Source of the DNA: Rebecca billardiae RCC1528
Taxonomy: Eukaryota > Protista > Haptophyta
DNA length: 64,000 nucleotides
Direction: 5' to 3'
NCBI GenBank assembly: GCA_965240325.2
Contig: OZ251247.1
Coordinates: 186,001 to 250,000, forward strand
Below are positions 60,202 through 64,000 of this stretch, piece by piece (position 1 is the first letter of the stretch; each line of letters starts with the position of its first letter). Under the pieces are notes generated by a model, which was not told where the DNA came from, did not search any database, and was given only the letters and a program-made list of their open reading frames with translations. The position numbers were made by a program, and so were the translations under genes.

Positions 60202-60440
60202 GTCTACTCGTGCGGCTGGGGCCTCGTCTTCGGCCGTCTCGGCCACGGCTATACGAGCAGTCTCAGCGCACGCCGAGGCGCACAGAGGCGCTCGCGGGTG
60301 TGCGCGCCGTGCACGTGAGCGCGGCGGGCGGCAGGCACAGCCCTGGTCACTGGTGGTGGACGTCAGGGCGTGGATGGAGGGTGGCGACTGGCGTGCACTC
60401 CTTCGGCCGCGGATCGGGCGGTGGGTAGCTCGACCATGGC
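60202..60440 (+). pseudogene. Inverted, decayed RCC1 blade 4-5 fragment
   Basis: GTCTACTCGTGCGGCTGGGGC...GCGCGCCGTGCACGTGAGCGCG...GTGCACTCCTTCGGC aligns to family blades 4-5 with many small insertions. Opposite strand to the flanking copies. Confidence 0.85.
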
Positions 60441-60882
60441 GCCCCCGACCGACGCTCGCTACCAGGGCGCATGGCGGCGCTGGCGCGGGTGTGCCATCGG
60501 CTGCCATGCAGCCGTGCCGGTGCGCGCGTCGGTGCAGGGCGATGACAGCAGCGCAGCATGGTAGCAGTGGCGTTTGCAGTAGTGCGCCCCGCGCCGCTCT
60601 TGCCGTCAGCATTCACCGACGGCACTGCTGGCGCATCACGTAAGAGTCGTAAGACAGGGACCATCCGCGCAGGGACGTGGCGAGCAGCACGCGCGCCACT
60701 CTGCCGCCGCTACGCGGTTACACTGGCGATGACAAGAGCGCAGCGGGGCGCAGTGCACATGCCATCGTAGATGTCGTCGTAGTAGATGGATCATCGTAGA
60801 TGGCCGGTCCCCGGGTCCCACCGCAGGCAGTCGGCATCGTCGTGGCGGCGGGTCGGCCTCAGCGCCGCCGCAGCCCCCTGCA

Positions 60883-62409
60883 TTATTGCTTCAGCAATGT
60901 GGCTGCATGCACGCGAGGCAGGTGCACGATGCGCGTGATCGAGTGGGGGGCGTTCGGCGGCCCCACATCCTCATCGGGCAAGTAGGGCCCGTCATCGTCG
61001 GCGGCGCGGCTCTCGTCCACGCCGAGGCCGAGCGCAGCCGACCGCTTGCCGCACGAGTACACGCAGCCGTCCGCATCGACGTACAGCGCGTGGTGCGCAC
61101 CGAATGCGCAGCTGAGCACGCGCGCGTGTGCGAGGGCAGCCACGCGAGTGGGCTTAACGACGTCCATCCCTGGCGTGTCGAGCCCCAGCTGGCCGTAGCT
61201 GTTGATCCCAAACGTGTACACGCTGCCGTCCGCGCCCAGCACCGCGCTGCTGTAGGAGCCAGCGCACGCGCGCACGATGCGCACAGCGGCGAGGGAGTCG
61301 ATCCGCCTCGGCGTGCGCTACTCGTGTGTGTGTCCGTGGCCGATCACGCCATGCCCACCGCGCCCGAATGAGTACACCGCCCCGTCGCTGTCTACCACCA
61401 GGCTGTGCGCATCGCCCGCGCTCACGTGCACAGCGCGCACGCCAGCAAGCGCCTCGATGCGCCTCGGCATGTGCTGATCCCGCTGGTCGCCGTGGCCGAG
61501 CTGGCCGTAGTAGCCCCAGCCGCACGAGTACACGGCACCGTGCGCAGAGAGCAGTAGCGTGTGCGATTCGCCCGCGGAGATGCCGCCCACGCGCACGCCG
61601 TCCAGCGCCACGATGCGCGCCGGCTCGCACCGGCGCTCCGCGTCGCCGTGGCCGAGCTGGCCGCTGCTGTTGATGCCCCAGCTGTACGCCCAGCCAGCTG
61701 CGGTGAGCGCGACGCTGTGCCACCCACCAGCAGCGATGCACACGGCGGGCTCACTCGCGGGCAGCCTGACGAGAGCAAACGACCGCCGCCCCACCCTGTC
61801 CCCCAGCCCAAGCTGGCCGCAGCGGTTGTTGCCGCAGCCGTACACGGCGCCGGCCTCGCTCAGCGCGAGCAGGTGGTCCCACCCAGCAGCCACCGCGACC
61901 ACGCGCACATCGCTGAAGGAGGCGACGTGCGTCGGCACGCGCACAATCGGCGCATCCGAGAGGCCAGTGGCCGCGTGCACTCGCGCCGCCTCGCCCGTCG
62001 GTTCCCCGGTGTCCTCGTCCAGCACCTGCTCCTGGCCGCACGTGTGCAGCCCGCCCTCCGCGTCCACAAACGCGCTGAAGCCACCGCCGGCAGCTGCGGC
62101 GGCGGCGTGTGCGCGAGCCACTGCGAGCACGCCCTCGCGGGCGAAGAGCTCTTCTACCCACGTGTGCACGCCCGCGGGCAGCGTCCGCGGCAGCGCACGC
62201 TCGTGCCCTCGCGCGCGCGCGCGCTCACGCAGCGCGCGCTCGACGGCCGAGCACCCGCCGGGCGGCGCGGCGTGGAAAAGGCGCGAGGTGGCGTTGGCGG
62301 CGGCAAGCTCGCACGCGCGGTCGAGGTGGTCGACGATGCGCTGGATCAGCTCGGGCGGCAGGTCGGTCAGCCGCTTTGCTCCCGAGTGCGCGTCGTCGCC
62401 GGATGCCAT
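60883..62409 (-). pseudogene. F-box + RCC1 copy J, full length with a single in-frame TAG (61318-61320)
   Basis: ORFs 61318-62409 and 60883-61284 are in the same frame: GHGHTHE*RTPRRI, where paralogs have Q (CAG). Confidence 0.85.
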
Positions 62410-62875
62410 CCCGCTTGGAGCCGGCCCGCCCGGCCGGCGTGGTGGCCGTATTGTAGTACTGTGGCGGTGATGACAGTTGGCGGGCCGGTCAATCTCGCCT
62501 GCCTACAGTCATGATCAGCTGTAGTGTGCGTCTCTTATTCTTAATAGTTACAAACTGTAGTCGGTCTAGCTAACGATGGCAGCCGTCGGCGCCTCTGCGG
62601 GCGTCGCCCCACACTCTGGATCAGTGGATGACTCAGTCTCATGGCCGCGCAGCAATCGCGCATATGCCTCATGATCGCCGACATACTGTCAGTCGATCAG
62701 ACAGTAGTCAGGAAGATGAATGTTTAGTGCAGCTAGTCCTTGCCCAATCCCATGGACGGCGTCCGGGCTGCCGGGCGTCGGCCGTGGCACAGCGTGCTGG
62801 CAGCGTCTGCCTCTGGGCATACGCAGTCAGGAAAGGTGGCTGACAATCGAGGCGCACTGGCACGCGCGCGCGTAC

Positions 62876-64000
62876 TCAGCGCAGCGTGCCTGCAAGGGGC
62901 GGCAGCTGCGCCACGCGCTCCAGCTCCGGCCGCATCTCCTCCGTGCCGTGCACGTCGAGGCCGAGCGCGGCCACCTCCATGCCGCACGCGTACACACTGC
63001 CGTCAGCGGTCACAAACAGCGCGTGGTAGGGGCTCATTGAGCACCCCAGCACGCGCTCACCTGCGAGGGCGTGCACCGGCTCGGGCAGACCAGACTCGTC
63101 GGGCCACCGGCCGAGCTGGCCGGAACCGTCCTCCCCGAACGTGTGCACGCTGCCGTCGGCGCCCAGCACCGCGCTGCTGTCATCACATGCACACGCGCGC
63201 ACCGCACGCACACCCGCCAGCGCCTCGATGCGCCCTGGCAGCAGGCGGCTGTAGGGGGCACCTTGGCCGAGCTGCAACGCGATCCCTGATCCGAACGAGT
63301 ACACCGCCCCCTCGCTGTCCACCACCAGGCTGTGCATGTGGCCAGCGCTCACGTGCACGGCGCACACGCCCCTGAGCTCCTCGATGCGCCTCGGCGTGGG
63401 GTGAGAATGCTGGTCGCCGTGGCCGAGACGGCCAAACTCGCCATGGCCGCACGAGTAGACAGCGCCGTGCGTAGACAGAAGCAGCGTATGCTTCTCGCCA
63501 GCTGCCATCCCGCCCACGCGCACGCCGTCCAGTGCCTCGATGCGCGTCGGCTCACACCGGTCCTCCTCGTCGCCGTGGCCGAGCTGGCCCCAGCTGTTGC
63601 GGCCCCAGCTGTACGCGCGCCCAGCGGCGGTGAGCGCGAGGCTGTGAACCCCGCCAGCAGCGATGCCCACGAGCATTTCGTCGGCCAGCGCGTGCAGACG
63701 GGCGAACGAGCGGCGCACGGCAGTGTCTCCCAGCCCGAGCTGGCCATACCCGTTGCTGCCGCAGCCGTACACGGCGCCGGCCTCGCTCAGCGCGAGCAGG
63801 TGCAAGCTGCCAGCGGCCACCGCGATCACACACACCGCGTTGAGGGAGGTGACGTGCGTCGGCACGCGCGCCACCTGCACGCCCGAATGACCAACAGCCA
63901 TGTGCGCTTGATACGCCCGCCCGTGCTCGTCCCGCACCTCCTCCTCGCCGCACGTGTGCAGCCCGCCCTCCGCGTCCACAAACGCGCTAAAGCAAGCGCC
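62876..64000 (-). CDS. RCC1-repeat protein of the same family, copy K (5' end outside the window)
   Basis: Open frame from the window end through blades 1-7. Confidence 0.88.
   Translation of the reverse strand, partial: GACFSAFVDAEGGLHTCGEEEVRDEHGRAYQAHMAVGHSGVQVARVPTHVTSLNAVCVIAVAAGSLHLLALSEAGAVYGCGSNGYGQLGLGDTAVRRSFARLHALADEMLVGIAAGGVHSLALTAAGRAYSWGRNSWGQLGHGDEEDRCEPTRIEALDGVRVGGMAAGEKHTLLLSTHGAVYSCGHGEFGRLGHGDQHSHPTPRRIEELRGVCAVHVSAGHMHSLVVDSEGAVYSFGSGIALQLGQGAPYSRLLPGRIEALAGVRAVRACACDDSSAVLGADGSVHTFGEDGSGQLGRWPDESGLPEPVHALAGERVLGCSMSPYHALFVTADGSVYACGMEVAALGLDVHGTEEMRPELERVAQLPPLAGTLR

Noticed and set aside
17648-64000. Diversity-generating retroelement as the source of RCC1 loop variability
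   Set aside because: No template/variable repeat pair and no DGR-type RT; the only RT is copia. Invariant AAC (Asn) codons sit inside the variable loops, which adenine-specific mutagenesis would change. The NNC bias is explained by high GC3.

Overview
Very GC-rich, intron-containing eukaryotic nuclear DNA. The (CCCTAA)n tracts in introns, the Gly/Ala-inflated proteins and the GTGCG splice donors suggest an alga, most likely a haptophyte; this is inference, not identification. Positions 1-17.5 kb hold ordinary spliced housekeeping genes: ERdj3/DNAJB11-like DnaJ, Akirin, TcdA/Tcd1-like ThiF protein, a YY1-like C2H2 factor with a TAF1-type zinc knuckle, and mitochondrial uS5. The main accessory feature is a family of intronless F-box + 7-bladed RCC1 beta-propeller genes: 8 complete ORFs, 1 with a single nonsense codon, 1 running off the window end, and 2 decayed fragments. 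They lie in two convergent clusters (17.6-35.8 kb on +, 56.7-64 kb on -). The scaffold is nearly invariant, while two short loops per blade, on one propeller face, are hypervariable, and the copies are mosaics of one another. This looks like a diversifying SCF substrate-receptor (immune-like) repertoire. Mobile elements are interleaved: a hAT-type MITE (8-bp TSD) containing a gag-only LTR element, an internally deleted Ty1/copia element with an inverted 36-bp LTR fragment at the deletion junction, and two further TIR elements. The window also contains a second F-box gene and a very large low-complexity PAQR/CREST-type membrane protein gene. A 14-bp palindrome (GAGATTGCAATCTC) recurs in an intron and, in all three reading frames, inside a CDS. 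All gene models and coordinates were read by eye; no database searches were run.
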